From Candidatus Daviesbacteria bacterium RIFCSPLOWO2_01_FULL_39_23 (GTDB taxonomy: Bacteria; Patescibacteriota; Microgenomatia; Daviesbacterales; UBA10151), in NCBI GenBank assembly GCA_001776935.1, contig MFDN01000008.1:8998-72997 (forward strand): a DNA stretch of 64,000 nucleotides, read 5' to 3'. A program made the position numbers and the translations under genes. Positions 10,207 to 21,073 of this stretch are shown piece by piece. How positions within the stretch are numbered: position 1 is the stretch's first letter; the number at the start of each line of letters is the position of its first letter. The notes below the pieces were generated by a model. The model ran no database searches. It saw nothing but the letters and a program-made list of their open reading frames with translations, and had not been told where the DNA came from.

Positions 10207-10803
10207 ATGGCACGAATTCCCAAATCAGTTCAGGATTTAATAGAGGCATTTGAAAGACTCCCCGGCATCGGGCCAAAAACTGCCCAGCGGCTAACTTATT
10301 ACCTTCTGCATGCCCCAATTGAGGAAGCAAAAGCTTTGGCAGATGCTGCTATGGGGATGAAAGAAAATACCAGGATCTGTTCTATTTGTTTCAACATCGG
10401 AGAAGAAGACCCTTGTCAGATTTGTTCTGATCAAAGCAGGGATAAAGAAGTTATTGCAGTGGTGGAAAATCCTTTGGATGTATTGGCTTTAGAGAAGGCT
10501 AATTTTAAAGGACTTTACCATGTTTTGCATGGAGTTATTTCACCTTTAGAAAATATAGGTCCTTCTGAGATCCGTATAAAAGAACTTTTACCAAGACTTA
10601 AGGACGGCATTGTAAAAGAAATTATATTAGCAACAAATCCCACCATGGAAGGAGAGGCAACTGCAATGTATATTCAAAGATTAATTTCTCCCCTGGAGGT
10701 AAAAGTTACAAGAATTGCCAGAGGGTTGCCGGTGGGGTCTGACTTGGAATATGCAGATGAGACAACATTGTCACGGGCGCTGGAAGGAAGGAAAGAGTAT
10801 TAA
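10207..10803 (+). CDS. recR: Recombination protein RecR
   Basis: LPGIGPKTAQRL HhH motif, C4 zinc finger, ATNPTMEGEATA Toprim motif. Confidence 0.97.
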   Translation: MARIPKSVQDLIEAFERLPGIGPKTAQRLTYYLLHAPIEEAKALADAAMGMKENTRICSICFNIGEEDPCQICSDQSRDKEVIAVVENPLDVLALEKANFKGLYHVLHGVISPLENIGPSEIRIKELLPRLKDGIVKEIILATNPTMEGEATAMYIQRLISPLEVKVTRIARGLPVGSDLEYADETTLSRALEGRKEY

Positions 10804-10805
10804 CA

Positions 10806-12248
10806 GTGGAAAAAAATACAGTTACATCAGAAGGGAATGCACTGCCTCCTAAAAGAGAGATAAGTCTCTGCAATTTTACCGGAACTTTTATCCCTGAAAG
10901 TGGAATACTACATAGACTGAATCATTTTCTCTCAAGATTTAGTGGTGAGGAAATAAAAGCCACAACACCATCTTTTTGGACACCACAGAGAAGACAGTTA
11001 GCAGAGAATATTATAGAGTCGGTTAACACTCATCTTAAACCTTTCGGTGCACCTCAGATGGAATTTAATCCAGAGCAGGTAGAACTATATCCCAGATCTA
11101 ATTTTGCTACATATGGAAGTAATAGTTTTACTTCAGGGTATTTTAGAATTAATAAGTTGTATACTGCGGGAGATGCAGATTTTGCAAAGGTTTTTGCCGG
11201 CCTTGTTTTACGCAATCTTTCTTTACGGTTAGGTAAGAAAGCAGCACCTACAGAATGGGAACAAAGAAGATATGGTCTAGAAATGAAGGCCAGACAGACA
11301 GATGGCGGACATGAAGCACACTTTGAGTTTTTAAACAACTCCATACTTGAAAAAACCAGGCAGGAGATATTAAGAAAAGAATTTCCTTCATTATTTCCAG
11401 AAGACTCGGAACATCCCGAAGAAGAACTGGAAATTTTTTGCCAGGTTGTTTCTATTACGAATAAAGAAAAATATCCTACTCCTGAAGATGTATTTAAAGT
11501 TTGTCAAAAGGCAGTGTTTGGTCGAGGTAGGCTTTTGGAGTTAGGTAGATTAGTAAAAATAACTTATGGTAAAGGTGGCTTGAGAGCGTTGGATGAGGCA
11601 TATTCAAGAAAAACACTTGATGATAAAAGGGCATTTATTATATCCCCTGTAGAAGAGGAAGAACTTTATGCAGCTGCTTGTGATGGACCAAGAGAGGAGG
11701 CCTATCAGGTAGGCAAAGACGAGATTTCAGTTGATTTCTCAAAGGTTCCTCCTAATATCCCTATTAGGGACTTTTTCCGCAAAGTAAAAGATGAAAATGG
11801 TGTTGTAAAGCTTGAACGGGGATTAAGGAGAAGACTGGTGTCCGGTATAAACAACCTTTCTTCTGAACTTGAAGATTTTAGTAAAGGATATATGCAATTT
11901 CCTCCCTTTGGTTTTGAAAGTGTTAGGGTAAGGATCAAAAAAGCCCTGAAAGGTGAAGGAGAGCTTCTTGTTCTTGCTGTGGATAGGCCTGATGATATAG
12001 CAAATATAGATGTGGCAGCAAAGAATGTTATGTTTGATTCTTTAGGTAAGGAAGATAAGCCAGCAGCTACTTTGGATGAAAGGTATTTATTAATGAATTT
12101 TTATCGTGTTAGGAATTTACCTAATGCCCCTGTTTCTGTTTATTGTTTAGAAGCAAAAGACAAAAAAAGCGGGGCCACTGTCTATGCTCTTGATTTTGCG
12201 CCTAGAGATGCTGATCCACAAGAGTGGTGGAAGAATAAAAAACACTAA
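10806..12248 (+). CDS. Hypothetical protein
   Basis: 480-aa ORF starting 2 bp after the recR stop; no family recognised. Confidence 0.7.
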   Translation: MEKNTVTSEGNALPPKREISLCNFTGTFIPESGILHRLNHFLSRFSGEEIKATTPSFWTPQRRQLAENIIESVNTHLKPFGAPQMEFNPEQVELYPRSNFATYGSNSFTSGYFRINKLYTAGDADFAKVFAGLVLRNLSLRLGKKAAPTEWEQRRYGLEMKARQTDGGHEAHFEFLNNSILEKTRQEILRKEFPSLFPEDSEHPEEELEIFCQVVSITNKEKYPTPEDVFKVCQKAVFGRGRLLELGRLVKITYGKGGLRALDEAYSRKTLDDKRAFIISPVEEEELYAAACDGPREEAYQVGKDEISVDFSKVPPNIPIRDFFRKVKDENGVVKLERGLRRRLVSGINNLSSELEDFSKGYMQFPPFGFESVRVRIKKALKGEGELLVLAVDRPDDIANIDVAAKNVMFDSLGKEDKPAATLDERYLLMNFYRVRNLPNAPVSVYCLEAKDKKSGATVYALDFAPRDADPQEWWKNKKH

Positions 12249-12288
12249 ATAACTTTTAACTTTTGTCTTTTTACTTTATACTATACCC

Positions 12289-12705
12289 ATGGCTGATGCT
12301 AATAATGTGATCGGGCAGTTTAAAGATGAAGTACTGGAAACTACGGGAGAAATCGCACAGGATGTTAAAGATTCTGTTGGTGAGATGATTGAACAGGGTG
12401 TGCAATCTGCAAAACAAACGCCCCTTACCCCACAGCAAATTCAACAAAAACAAGCTGAAGACCAAAAAAAAGAAATGCAGACCCAAAAGCAAATAACCTA
12501 CACCAGAAAATGGCTTAAGGATGTAGAAATGGCGCAAGCTAAAGTCAGAATGGAAAATCAGCAAAAGGAACAACAGAGGTTACAAGTACAAAAACAGGAA
12601 GAGCAAGCGACTGAAATTAAAAAGGAAGAAAAGAAAAGACAACCTGTTGATCCGGCAATTGCTTATGCCGGTAAAGCAGAAATTAAAAGAGGAGTAGGAG
12701 GATAG
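12289..12705 (+). CDS. Hypothetical Q/K/E-rich coiled-coil protein
   Basis: 138-aa ORF; TATACT -10-like box just upstream of the ATG. Confidence 0.75.
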   Translation: MADANNVIGQFKDEVLETTGEIAQDVKDSVGEMIEQGVQSAKQTPLTPQQIQQKQAEDQKKEMQTQKQITYTRKWLKDVEMAQAKVRMENQQKEQQRLQVQKQEEQATEIKKEEKKRQPVDPAIAYAGKAEIKRGVGG

Positions 12706-12712
12706 GTGGAGA

Positions 12713-12777
12713 AAATATCAAATATCAAAGATTAAATATCAAAAATTTTGTAATTTGAAATTTAGATTTTGGAATTT
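12713..12777. repeat. Intergenic inverted heptad-repeat array
   Basis: AAATATC-like x4 followed by TTTGAAA-like x4, directly before the cysS ATG. Confidence 0.7.
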
Positions 12778-14163
12778 ATGCTAAAAATATACAATACTTT
12801 ATCGCGAACAATAGAAGATTTCAAACCAATTAAAGCCCCCAAAGTAGGAATGTATTCCTGCGGCCCGACTGTTTATGATTATACCCACATAGGCCACCTT
12901 AGGACTTACGTGGGAAATGATATTTTGCGAAGGATTTTGGAAAATAGCGGATATGATGTTACTCATGTAATGAATATTACCGACGTAGGGCATTTGGTAT
13001 CGGATGAAGATTCAGGGGAGGACAAGATGGAAAAAGGAGCAAGGGAGTCAGGCCGGACAGTTTGGGAAGTTGCAGAATTTTTCGAAAGATTTTTTTGGCA
13101 ATCTGTGGATGCAATTAATATTAAAAGACCAAATATTGTGGCAAAAGCCACTGATCATATAGAAGAGCAGATTAAATTAATACATAAACTGGAGAAAAAC
13201 GGCTTTACTTACCAAACAGAACAGGCAATTTATTTTGATATTTCTAAATTCACAAGCTATACAAAATTATCCGGACAAAAACTGGAAGAAAAAGAAACAG
13301 GCGCAAGGTCTGATGTAGTGGTAGATAAACAAAAGAAAAATCCGGTTGATTTTGCTTTATGGTTTTTTACTGTTGGGCATTTTGAGGGTCACTCAATGAG
13401 GTGGCCTTCGCCTTGGGGGGAAGGCTTTCCCGGTTGGCATATTGAGTGTTCTGCTATGAGCATGGAATATTTAGGGGACAGTTTAGATATTCACACCGGC
13501 GGCATTGATCATATCTCCGTTCATCATACCAATGAAATTGCCCAATCAGAGGCAGCAACAGCTAAGCAATTTGTTAAATACTGGATACATTTTGGTTTTT
13601 TACAGGTTGACGGAGAAAAGATGAGCAAATCCAAAAAGAATTTTTACAGAATAGATGAAATTACGGAAAAAGGATTTGATCCGTTAGCGCTACGGTATTT
13701 ATTTTTGACAGCTCATTACAGGGATAAATTAAACTTTACCTGGGAATCTTTGCAGGCTGCCCAAAATGCTTTGAATAATTTAAGGGAAGAAGTCAGGGAT
13801 TGGGATCAACCAGACATAGGTTGTGCAGAGTTTGAACAAAAGTTTACGGAAGCTGTAAATAATGATTTAAATATGCCGCAGGCTTTGGCTGTGCTTTGGG
13901 ATTTGGTTAAATCTGATTATCCGACATCTGCTAAAGCACAAACACTTCTGCAGATGGATAAAATTTTAGGCTTAGGCCTTGAGCAATATGTTGGTAAAAA
14001 AATAAGAATTCCCGAAGAAGTACAAAAGCTGATTAATCAAAGAGAACAGGTCAGAAAAGCAGGGGATTTTAAAACCTCAGACAAGCTCCGCCACCAAATT
14101 AAAAAATTAGGTTTTGAAATTGAAGATACTCCCAAAGGTACAAACATTAAAAGTGTGCTTTAG
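12778..14163 (+). CDS. cysS: Cysteinyl-tRNA synthetase
   Basis: [27 protein letters not shown]; ATG at 12778 preferred over TTG at 12769. Confidence 0.97.
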   Translation: MLKIYNTLSRTIEDFKPIKAPKVGMYSCGPTVYDYTHIGHLRTYVGNDILRRILENSGYDVTHVMNITDVGHLVSDEDSGEDKMEKGARESGRTVWEVAEFFERFFWQSVDAINIKRPNIVAKATDHIEEQIKLIHKLEKNGFTYQTEQAIYFDISKFTSYTKLSGQKLEEKETGARSDVVVDKQKKNPVDFALWFFTVGHFEGHSMRWPSPWGEGFPGWHIECSAMSMEYLGDSLDIHTGGIDHISVHHTNEIAQSEAATAKQFVKYWIHFGFLQVDGEKMSKSKKNFYRIDEITEKGFDPLALRYLFLTAHYRDKLNFTWESLQAAQNALNNLREEVRDWDQPDIGCAEFEQKFTEAVNNDLNMPQALAVLWDLVKSDYPTSAKAQTLLQMDKILGLGLEQYVGKKIRIPEEVQKLINQREQVRKAGDFKTSDKLRHQIKKLGFEIEDTPKGTNIKSVL

Positions 14164-14192
14164 CACTTCAAATTATGGTAAACTAAATTCTT

Positions 14193-14855
14193 GTGGAAAC
14201 TGATGTAATCACTATTGACGGACCGACCTCTTCCGGAAAAAACAGCGTTGGGTTTTTACTTGCTCAAAAATTGGGGTATCAATATATTGATTCAGGTTCC
14301 ATTTACCGGGCCGGATCTTTTTTTGTTTTAAGAAAAAATATTTCTTCGGATGATTTGGAAAAAATAGTTGAAGCTTTTGAAAGCTTAATAATAGAGATAA
14401 AATCAGAAGATCACAAGCAGAGGTTTTTTGCAAACGGGCAGGATATAACGGATAATTTGCATGATCCTGATGTAACAAGATTGGTACCGGTTGTTTCTGC
14501 CATAGGAGATGTTAGACAGGCAGTAAAAGTAATTCAGTATAAATTAACCAAAATCAAAAATACGGTAATGACAGGACGGGATATAGGTTCGGAAATTTTT
14601 CCACTGGCAAAACATAAATTTTTTTTAACAGCAGATATTAAAGTAAGAGCCCAGAGACGTTTTAAACAGCTTTATGAGAAGGATTCGTCTATTACGTATG
14701 AAGATGTATTAGTTAATATGGATAAAAGAGACCGTGATGATATGACAAGAGCAGTTTCCCCTTTACGGGTTCCAGAGGGCGCAGTTGTAATTGATAACAC
14801 TAACTTAGATGTTGAACAAACTGTGGAAGAAATGTTAAAACACATTAATGCATAA
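14193..14855 (+). CDS. cmk: Cytidylate kinase
   Basis: ITIDGPTSSGK, DSGSIYRA, GRDIG, RDRDDMTRAVSPL. Confidence 0.95.
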   Translation: METDVITIDGPTSSGKNSVGFLLAQKLGYQYIDSGSIYRAGSFFVLRKNISSDDLEKIVEAFESLIIEIKSEDHKQRFFANGQDITDNLHDPDVTRLVPVVSAIGDVRQAVKVIQYKLTKIKNTVMTGRDIGSEIFPLAKHKFFLTADIKVRAQRRFKQLYEKDSSITYEDVLVNMDKRDRDDMTRAVSPLRVPEGAVVIDNTNLDVEQTVEEMLKHINA

Positions 14856-16125
14856 AAAAGTTACATTAAAAAATGGTCTTACCTTAATAACCATAGATCG
14901 TCCTTATCTTGATTCGGTTACCACACTAGTGGCAATTGGAGCAGGTTCGCGGTATGAGACAAAAAAAATAAATGGTATATCCCACTTTTTGGAACACATG
15001 TTTTTTAAAGGATCCAAAAAATACCCTTCTGCTGAACAAATTTCAAATTTAGTTGACGGGATTGGAGCTGTAAATAACGCGGCAACTGACAAAGAAGTCA
15101 CCTATTATTGGATTAAGTCATCAGTAAGGCATATAAAACTATCCTCTGATATTTTGTCTTCGATGATTAAAGAGTCCCTGCTAAGCGCAGAAGAAATCGA
15201 AAGGGAAAAGGGGGTAATTATTGAAGAGCTTAGGATGTATAGGGATAACCCTTCTAGATATGTATGGGAACTCTACGAAAGACTGCAGTTTGGGGATCAG
15301 CCTTTGGGTTGGGATATTGGAGGGGATGAAAAAACCATAACATCGCTCGGGCGCAAAGATTTTGTGTCATATATGAATTCTTTATACTCACCCAAAAATA
15401 TGGTGCTTGTATATGTGGGAAAACTGCCAAAAAATATAGAGAAAATGGCAGAAGAGCATTTTGGTGATTTGCCAAAAAGAGCAACATCCCAATTTAAACC
15501 ATTTGTTAAAAGTAAGCAGGTAAAGCCGAGGGTTAATATATTTTATAAAGCAACTGATCAGGCTAATCTTGTTTTAGGGATGGAAGGATTCAGTCGCTAT
15601 GATGATAAGCGCTACTCAGCAAGAGTGCTGGCAACTATTCTGGGAGCAGGTATGTCTTCGAGATTATTTATTCAGGTAAGGGAAAGACGGGGATTTGCTT
15701 ATCATGTAAGCGCCCAGCATGATAGTTATAAAGATACAGGAACATTTACAGTGTATGCCGGATTAAAGTTGGAAAAAGTTTATGAGGGGTTAGGGGTAAT
15801 TTTAACAGAGCTTGAAAAAACAATCTTAGAAGAAGTTACAGACGAGGAGTTGAAAAAAGCCAAGGAGATGATCAGAGGAAGAATTGCGCTTCAGTCTGAG
15901 TCAACTAACTTTTTGGCAGAATATTTTGGGACCAATTTTGCGCTGGATAGAAAAGTTCGTACTTTTGAAGAGCTTATACAAAAGATAGATAAAGTCACAA
16001 AAGAGGACGTGCAGGTTCTTGCAAAAGAATTATTTAAAAAAGATAAAATGAATTTGCAAATCATTGGTCCGTTTAAAGATGCTGATAAATTTGAGAATAT
16101 TTTAAACGGATTTAAATATGTATGA
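14848..16125 (+). CDS. M16 family zinc peptidase
   Basis: HFLEHMFFKG inverted zincin motif; SSRLFIQVRERRG. Confidence 0.95.
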   Translation: MHKKVTLKNGLTLITIDRPYLDSVTTLVAIGAGSRYETKKINGISHFLEHMFFKGSKKYPSAEQISNLVDGIGAVNNAATDKEVTYYWIKSSVRHIKLSSDILSSMIKESLLSAEEIEREKGVIIEELRMYRDNPSRYVWELYERLQFGDQPLGWDIGGDEKTITSLGRKDFVSYMNSLYSPKNMVLVYVGKLPKNIEKMAEEHFGDLPKRATSQFKPFVKSKQVKPRVNIFYKATDQANLVLGMEGFSRYDDKRYSARVLATILGAGMSSRLFIQVRERRGFAYHVSAQHDSYKDTGTFTVYAGLKLEKVYEGLGVILTELEKTILEEVTDEELKKAKEMIRGRIALQSESTNFLAEYFGTNFALDRKVRTFEELIQKIDKVTKEDVQVLAKELFKKDKMNLQIIGPFKDADKFENILNGFKYV

Positions 16126-16813
16126 TAAGGAAAAAATTGTATCTTTGGGTAAGCAGGCTTTTGTAAAAAGACCGACTTTTCTTAAAAGGGCATTTTCTTA
16201 TACGAATTTTCTGATTGCTACTATTTTAGGGTTTGCTGTTTTAACCTTTTTTGTCAGGCAATATGACTATTTCAATTTTGATTTAACCATTACTATATTT
16301 ATTCAAAAGTATAGTCAAAATTGGTTTGATTTGCTTATGAGGCTTATAACCTTAATGGGGAATGGGCCGGCGGTTGGAATTATCGTCATTGCCCTGTCTT
16401 TATATGGCTACCTGATCGGAAAAAGACATTCACCCTTGCTGCTTGTGATTTCTACGTTTGGAGGAATCATTATTAGCCAGCTTTTAAAGATTTTGGTTGC
16501 AAGACCCCGGCCTGATCCTTCGCTTATTAATCAGATTAGTCATTTTTTAGGATCTGATAGTTTTCCATCAGGACATGTTCTAACTGCAATTTCATTGTAT
16601 GGCTTTATTTTATATATTGCATATACCCAGCTGAAAAAATCCTTAGTCAGAAAATTTATAATCGGATTTTGCTTAAGTATAATTCTCCTGATGGGTGTTT
16701 CAAGAATTTATCTGGGAGCCCATTGGTTCTCGGATGTTTTAGGGGCTTACCTGATAGGATTTGTCTGGTTATCAGTAATTATTTTTGTCTATCACAAATT
16801 TAAAAAAGTTTGA
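16118..16813 (+). CDS. PAP2 family membrane phosphatase (possible undecaprenyl-PP phosphatase)
   Basis: K..VARPRP, SFPSGH, SRIYLGAHWFSDV motifs. Confidence 0.92.
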   Translation: MYDKEKIVSLGKQAFVKRPTFLKRAFSYTNFLIATILGFAVLTFFVRQYDYFNFDLTITIFIQKYSQNWFDLLMRLITLMGNGPAVGIIVIALSLYGYLIGKRHSPLLLVISTFGGIIISQLLKILVARPRPDPSLINQISHFLGSDSFPSGHVLTAISLYGFILYIAYTQLKKSLVRKFIIGFCLSIILLMGVSRIYLGAHWFSDVLGAYLIGFVWLSVIIFVYHKFKKV

Positions 16814-17172
16814 ATATAAGGCAGAAATATCACAGTTCCTAAAATTGCTGAAGTTACAGCGGCAACCAAAACCGCTCCTGCCGATACATCCTTGGCCAAT
16901 TTTGCTCCCGGGTGAGCATCATTTGTAAATGAATCCACAACAGCTTCAATTGCAGTGTTTGTAAGTTCCAACGAAACTACAAATCCTATTAAAAATATAA
17001 TTATCATAAAATCCCATTTTGAAATACCTAAAACGATTGCAGCAGTGAGTACTAAAAAAGCTGTTAGGAAATGGAATTTTAAATTGGGTTCTTCTTTTAA
17101 TGCAGAAATGATTCCTGTAAATGCGTATTTAAAAGAAAGCACTCTTTGGGTCGAAATCTTTTGAAATGACAT
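16792..17172 (-). CDS. dgkA: DgkA-family undecaprenol/diacylglycerol kinase
   Basis: SFKYAFTG, EPNLKFH, ELTNTAIEAVVD, AKDVSAGAV. Confidence 0.92.
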   Translation of the reverse strand: MSFQKISTQRVLSFKYAFTGIISALKEEPNLKFHFLTAFLVLTAAIVLGISKWDFMIIIFLIGFVVSLELTNTAIEAVVDSFTNDAHPGAKLAKDVSAGAVLVAAVTSAILGTVIFLPYIQTFLNL

Positions 17173-17284
17173 GATTTTAGTATATCATTTTTTAAATGGT
17201 CATTTACAATAATCTTACCCAATTTTAATTGATTCATTGCCTACTTGAGAGAAACTTAATTAATTAAGAAAGGAGGTGAAGTAT

Positions 17285-17695
17285 TTGAAAAGTCAGACAA
17301 TTATTGTTGCCATTGTGATTTTATTGGTGGTTATTGGCGGAGCATGGTATCTGTCAGGCAAAGGAGGAGTACAAGCTCCAACCCCAACGCAAACACCTGG
17401 TATAACTTTAGATCAGCCGGATAAAACTTTTGAAGTGGAAGGCAAACCTTTTGAGTTTAATCCCAAAGAGCTTAAGGTTAAAAAAGGCGATGTAGTTAAA
17501 ATTACCTTTAAAAACACTCAGGGTTTTCACGATTTAAGCGTTGATGGATACAACGTTAAAACTAAACAAATTCAGGCTGGTGAAAGCGACACTATCCAAT
17601 TTAGGGCAGACAAGGCGGGAACTTTCCCGATGTTCTGCGGGGTGGGCACTCATCGTCAACAGGGAATGGAAGGGGTTTTAATTGTGGAGGAATAG
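17285..17695 (+). CDS. Membrane-anchored cupredoxin-domain protein
   Basis: N-terminal TM; type-1 Cu ligand pattern H...C.VGTH..QGM; AAGGAGGTG SD before in-frame TTG at 17285. Confidence 0.88.
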   Translation: MKSQTIIVAIVILLVVIGGAWYLSGKGGVQAPTPTQTPGITLDQPDKTFEVEGKPFEFNPKELKVKKGDVVKITFKNTQGFHDLSVDGYNVKTKQIQAGESDTIQFRADKAGTFPMFCGVGTHRQQGMEGVLIVEE

Positions 17696-17732
17696 CTTTT
17701 TTGCTCCATAGCCTAATATATCGTCGGTATAC

Positions 17733-17761
17733 TTGACATAGGGACTTTAAATAGTTATATT
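17733..17761 (+). promoter_or_regulatory. Sigma70 promoter of the purF operon, probably leaderless
   Basis: TTGACA-17 bp-TATATT; ATG follows after a 5-nt gap; no SD. Confidence 0.75.
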
Positions 17762-17766
17762 AGGCT

Positions 17767-19173
17767 ATGAGACTCAGGCTGGGAGAAAAATGCGGAATAT
17801 TCGGAGTCATAGGAAAAGGTTTTGAGGCGGCCCGTTTAGTTCATCCGGGTCTTTGGGCCCTGCAGCATCGTGGTCAGGAATCTTCAGGAATCGCATCTTC
17901 AGACGGCAAAAAAATATTTCTTCATAAGGGAATGGGTTTGGTTTCCCATGTTTTTTCGGAAGAAGATCTTAAAGAATTAAAAGGATATCTGGCAGTCGGT
18001 CACAACCGTTATTCCACCTCAGGCGATTCATCTGCAACTCATGCACAGCCAATTTTAGAAAGGATTTCCGCTAACAAAAATATTGTTTTGGTTCACAATG
18101 GCAATCTTCCTACAACAAAAAAATTAGAAGAATTTTTAAAAAACGAAAAAATTTCAACGAGCGGACTCAATGATTCGGAGATGATTGCAAAATCTGTAGC
18201 TTTCTTTATGAAAAAAGGTCATTCTCTGGAAGCTTCAATTATAAAAGCTTATCCGTTGTTTACGGGCGTATTTTGTCTGCTGATTATGAATGAGCAAAAA
18301 ATAGTTGCCGTAAGAGACAGTTTTGGAATAAGACCCCTTGTTTTGGGTAAATTAAACGGCGGTCACATTGTAGCATCAGAAACCTGCGCGTTGGATATAA
18401 TCGGAGCAAAATTTTTAAGGGAAGTTAAACCAGGAGAGATGGTAACTATTTCTGATAAAGGTGTAAAAAGTTTTCAAATAGAAAAAGGAACGCAAAAGCT
18501 GGATGTTTTTGAGTTTATTTATTTTGCAAGACCGGATAGTTATATTTTAGGCAAAAGCGTAGATGCAGTCAGACAAAATCTTGGTATAGAACTGGCAAAA
18601 GAGAACAAAGTTTCCGCCGATGTGGTAATACCTGTGCCTGATTCTGCAATCCCTGCTGCTATTGGCTTTGCAAGGGAGTCTAATATACCGTTTGAGTTGG
18701 GGCTTATTAAGAACCGCTATATTCACAGGACATTTATCTCTCCGGAAGAGCATATAAGGCATAAAATAGTGCAGTTAAAACTTAATCCTATGCCGCATAT
18801 AATTTCCGGTAAAAGAGTGGTTATAGTGGATGATTCAATTGTTCGAGGCACCACTTCCCGTCAGATCATTAAGATGATAAGAAATGCCGGCGCAAAAGAG
18901 GTTCATTTACTGGTTTCTTCCCCGCCCTACAAATTCCCTGATTTTTATGGAATAGATACACCTTCCCAAAAGAAATTAATAGCATCGACTAAAAATATTA
19001 AGGAGATAAAAGAAGAATTAGGAGTTGATTCCCTGCACTATCTTTCTTATAAAGGTCTTATTAAGGCTGTTGGTTTACCGGAAAATTCCCTTTGTACAGC
19101 TTGTTTTACAGGTGATTACCCGGTGGATATTGGGGAGAGAAAAAAAGAAATTTCATATGATATTGTTCAATAA
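17767..19173 (+). CDS. purF: Amidophosphoribosyltransferase
   Basis: CGIFG, LQHRGQES, GHNRYSTSG, VDDSIVRGTTS, FYGIDTP. Confidence 0.97.
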   Translation: MRLRLGEKCGIFGVIGKGFEAARLVHPGLWALQHRGQESSGIASSDGKKIFLHKGMGLVSHVFSEEDLKELKGYLAVGHNRYSTSGDSSATHAQPILERISANKNIVLVHNGNLPTTKKLEEFLKNEKISTSGLNDSEMIAKSVAFFMKKGHSLEASIIKAYPLFTGVFCLLIMNEQKIVAVRDSFGIRPLVLGKLNGGHIVASETCALDIIGAKFLREVKPGEMVTISDKGVKSFQIEKGTQKLDVFEFIYFARPDSYILGKSVDAVRQNLGIELAKENKVSADVVIPVPDSAIPAAIGFARESNIPFELGLIKNRYIHRTFISPEEHIRHKIVQLKLNPMPHIISGKRVVIVDDSIVRGTTSRQIIKMIRNAGAKEVHLLVSSPPYKFPDFYGIDTPSQKKLIASTKNIKEIKEELGVDSLHYLSYKGLIKAVGLPENSLCTACFTGDYPVDIGERKKEISYDIVQ

Positions 19174-21073
19174 AAAGATTGTAGTACTTATATCCGATTC
19201 GGGAACAGGGACAAATTTAAATGCAATTATAAACGGGGTAAAATCAGGCAAAATTAAGGCAGATATTTTATCAGTAATAAGCGATACTTCCAAAGCTTTA
19301 GGTTTAAAATGGGCCCGGAAAAATAAAATTCCCACCCAAATTGCGGCAGATAAAAATAAACTTCTGCAGATTTTAAGAAAATTAAGCCCGGATTTTGTTT
19401 GTTTGGCTGGATGGAAACAAATAATTTTAGATGAAGTAATTGATGAGTATCCCAGTAAAATTTTAAATACTCACCCGGGGCTTATTCCGGATACCTTAGA
19501 TGGTGTTGTAAAAAATCCGGACGGAACAAAGGCGTTGTGGAATAAAGGGAAATTTACACAAAATGCAATGCAGGTATTTTTTGAAAAAAAAGCAACATAT
19601 GCCGGCTGTACCAATCACTTTTTGTCACATGAATTTGATTTTGGTCTGGTTTTAGGAAGATGTTTTGAGAAGATTCGAAAAAATGATACCCCTGTTATTC
19701 TATATAAAAGATTGAAGGTAAAGGAAAATAAATTATATGTAGAAGTGTTGTCAAAATTATGCAAAGAGGTAACTGTTTTAGTGGTGGATGGCGGGGGCAG
19801 GGGAGCAGCACTTGTAGATAAATATAGTCAAAGTAAACAGGTCGGGAAAATATTAGCAGTACCGGGCAATGATTTGATGCAAATTAATACAAAAAGTAAA
19901 ATTAAAACTTATCCTGATTTAAAAACTACTTCGGTTGAGGAAATAATAAAAATTTGCAAAAAAGAAAAGGTAGATTTGGTGGATGTGGCGCAGGATAATG
20001 CAGTGGAAGCTGGACTGGTGGATCTATTGAATAAAGAAGGGATTAAAGCAGTGGGGCCAACAAAAGGAGCCGGGAAAATTGAATGGGATAAAGCCTGGGC
20101 CCGGGAATTTATGAAAAAGCATGGCATTCCTGCACCAAAGTTTTATGTTTTTAATTCCCAAAAAGGCGGGATAGATTTTGTAAAAAAACATCAGCAAAAA
20201 TGGTTTGTCAAAGCTGCAGGGCTTGCGGAAGGAAAAGGGGTGATCCCGGCAACAAATACTGCTGAGGCAATTTCTGCCATTGAAGAAATGCAAAAATTTG
20301 GCAATTCCGGTAAATTCTACCTTTTAGAGGAATGGCTTGAAGGAGAGGAATTTTCTGCATTTGCTTTAGTTGATGGCAGCAATTTTCAAGTAGTCGGGTT
20401 TGCTCAGGATTACAAGCGGGTATTTGACGGAGACAAAGGGTCAAATACAGGAGGAATGGGATGTGTATCAAATCCTTTGATAATGGATGAGAATATAAAA
20501 CAACAGACACAAGCAGTTTTTCAAAGAGTTGTAAATGGTTTAAAGAAAGAAAATCGTCCCTACAAAGGTGTTTTATATCTTGGAGGTATGGTAGTTGATA
20601 GTAAGGTGTATGTTATAGAATTTAATGCCAGATGGGGTGATCCTGAGGCAGAAGTGATTTTGTCTTCTTTGAAAAATGATTTATTGGAAGTAAACAGCGC
20701 TATAATTTCAGGTAATATAAAAAAATTAAAAATTAAAATTGACAAAAATATAAGGGTAGCAGTGGCAGCAACAGCCAAAGGTTATCCCCAGGATTACAAA
20801 ACAGTAAGAGGTAAAAGAATATTCGGTATAGAAAAAGTTTTAAAAATTTCCGGAATAAAAATTTACGGCGCCGGTATTAAGAAAGCCGGTGAAAGTTATA
20901 TTGTAAATGGTGGCCGGATTTTATTTGTTGTGGGTTCGGGAAAAGATGTAGTGGAGGCCAAAAAGAAAGCATATGAAGCTATGAAATTTATAAATATTGA
21001 AGGAGATAGCCTACATTACAGAACAGATATTGGTTGGAGGGATGTTGAGCGGATGCAAAAGGATAAAAAATGA
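19157..21073 (+). CDS. purN-purD: Fused GAR transformylase (PurN) and GAR synthetase (PurD)
   Basis: N-terminal SGTGTNL, LAGW, NTHPG; C-terminal KAAGLAEGKGV, QDYKR, NTGGMG, EFNARWGDPE; ATG at 19157 overlaps the purF end. Confidence 0.92.
   Translation: MILFNKKIVVLISDSGTGTNLNAIINGVKSGKIKADILSVISDTSKALGLKWARKNKIPTQIAADKNKLLQILRKLSPDFVCLAGWKQIILDEVIDEYPSKILNTHPGLIPDTLDGVVKNPDGTKALWNKGKFTQNAMQVFFEKKATYAGCTNHFLSHEFDFGLVLGRCFEKIRKNDTPVILYKRLKVKENKLYVEVLSKLCKEVTVLVVDGGGRGAALVDKYSQSKQVGKILAVPGNDLMQINTKSKIKTYPDLKTTSVEEIIKICKKEKVDLVDVAQDNAVEAGLVDLLNKEGIKAVGPTKGAGKIEWDKAWAREFMKKHGIPAPKFYVFNSQKGGIDFVKKHQQKWFVKAAGLAEGKGVIPATNTAEAISAIEEMQKFGNSGKFYLLEEWLEGEEFSAFALVDGSNFQVVGFAQDYKRVFDGDKGSNTGGMGCVSNPLIMDENIKQQTQAVFQRVVNGLKKENRPYKGVLYLGGMVVDSKVYVIEFNARWGDPEAEVILSSLKNDLLEVNSAIISGNIKKLKIKIDKNIRVAVAATAKGYPQDYKTVRGKRIFGIEKVLKISGIKIYGAGIKKAGESYIVNGGRILFVVGSGKDVVEAKKKAYEAMKFINIEGDSLHYRTDIGWRDVERMQKDKK

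Noticed and set aside
19025-19156. N-terminal extension of PurN-PurD in the ORF track
   Set aside because: Overlaps purF deeply; PurN similarity starts at ATG 19157.
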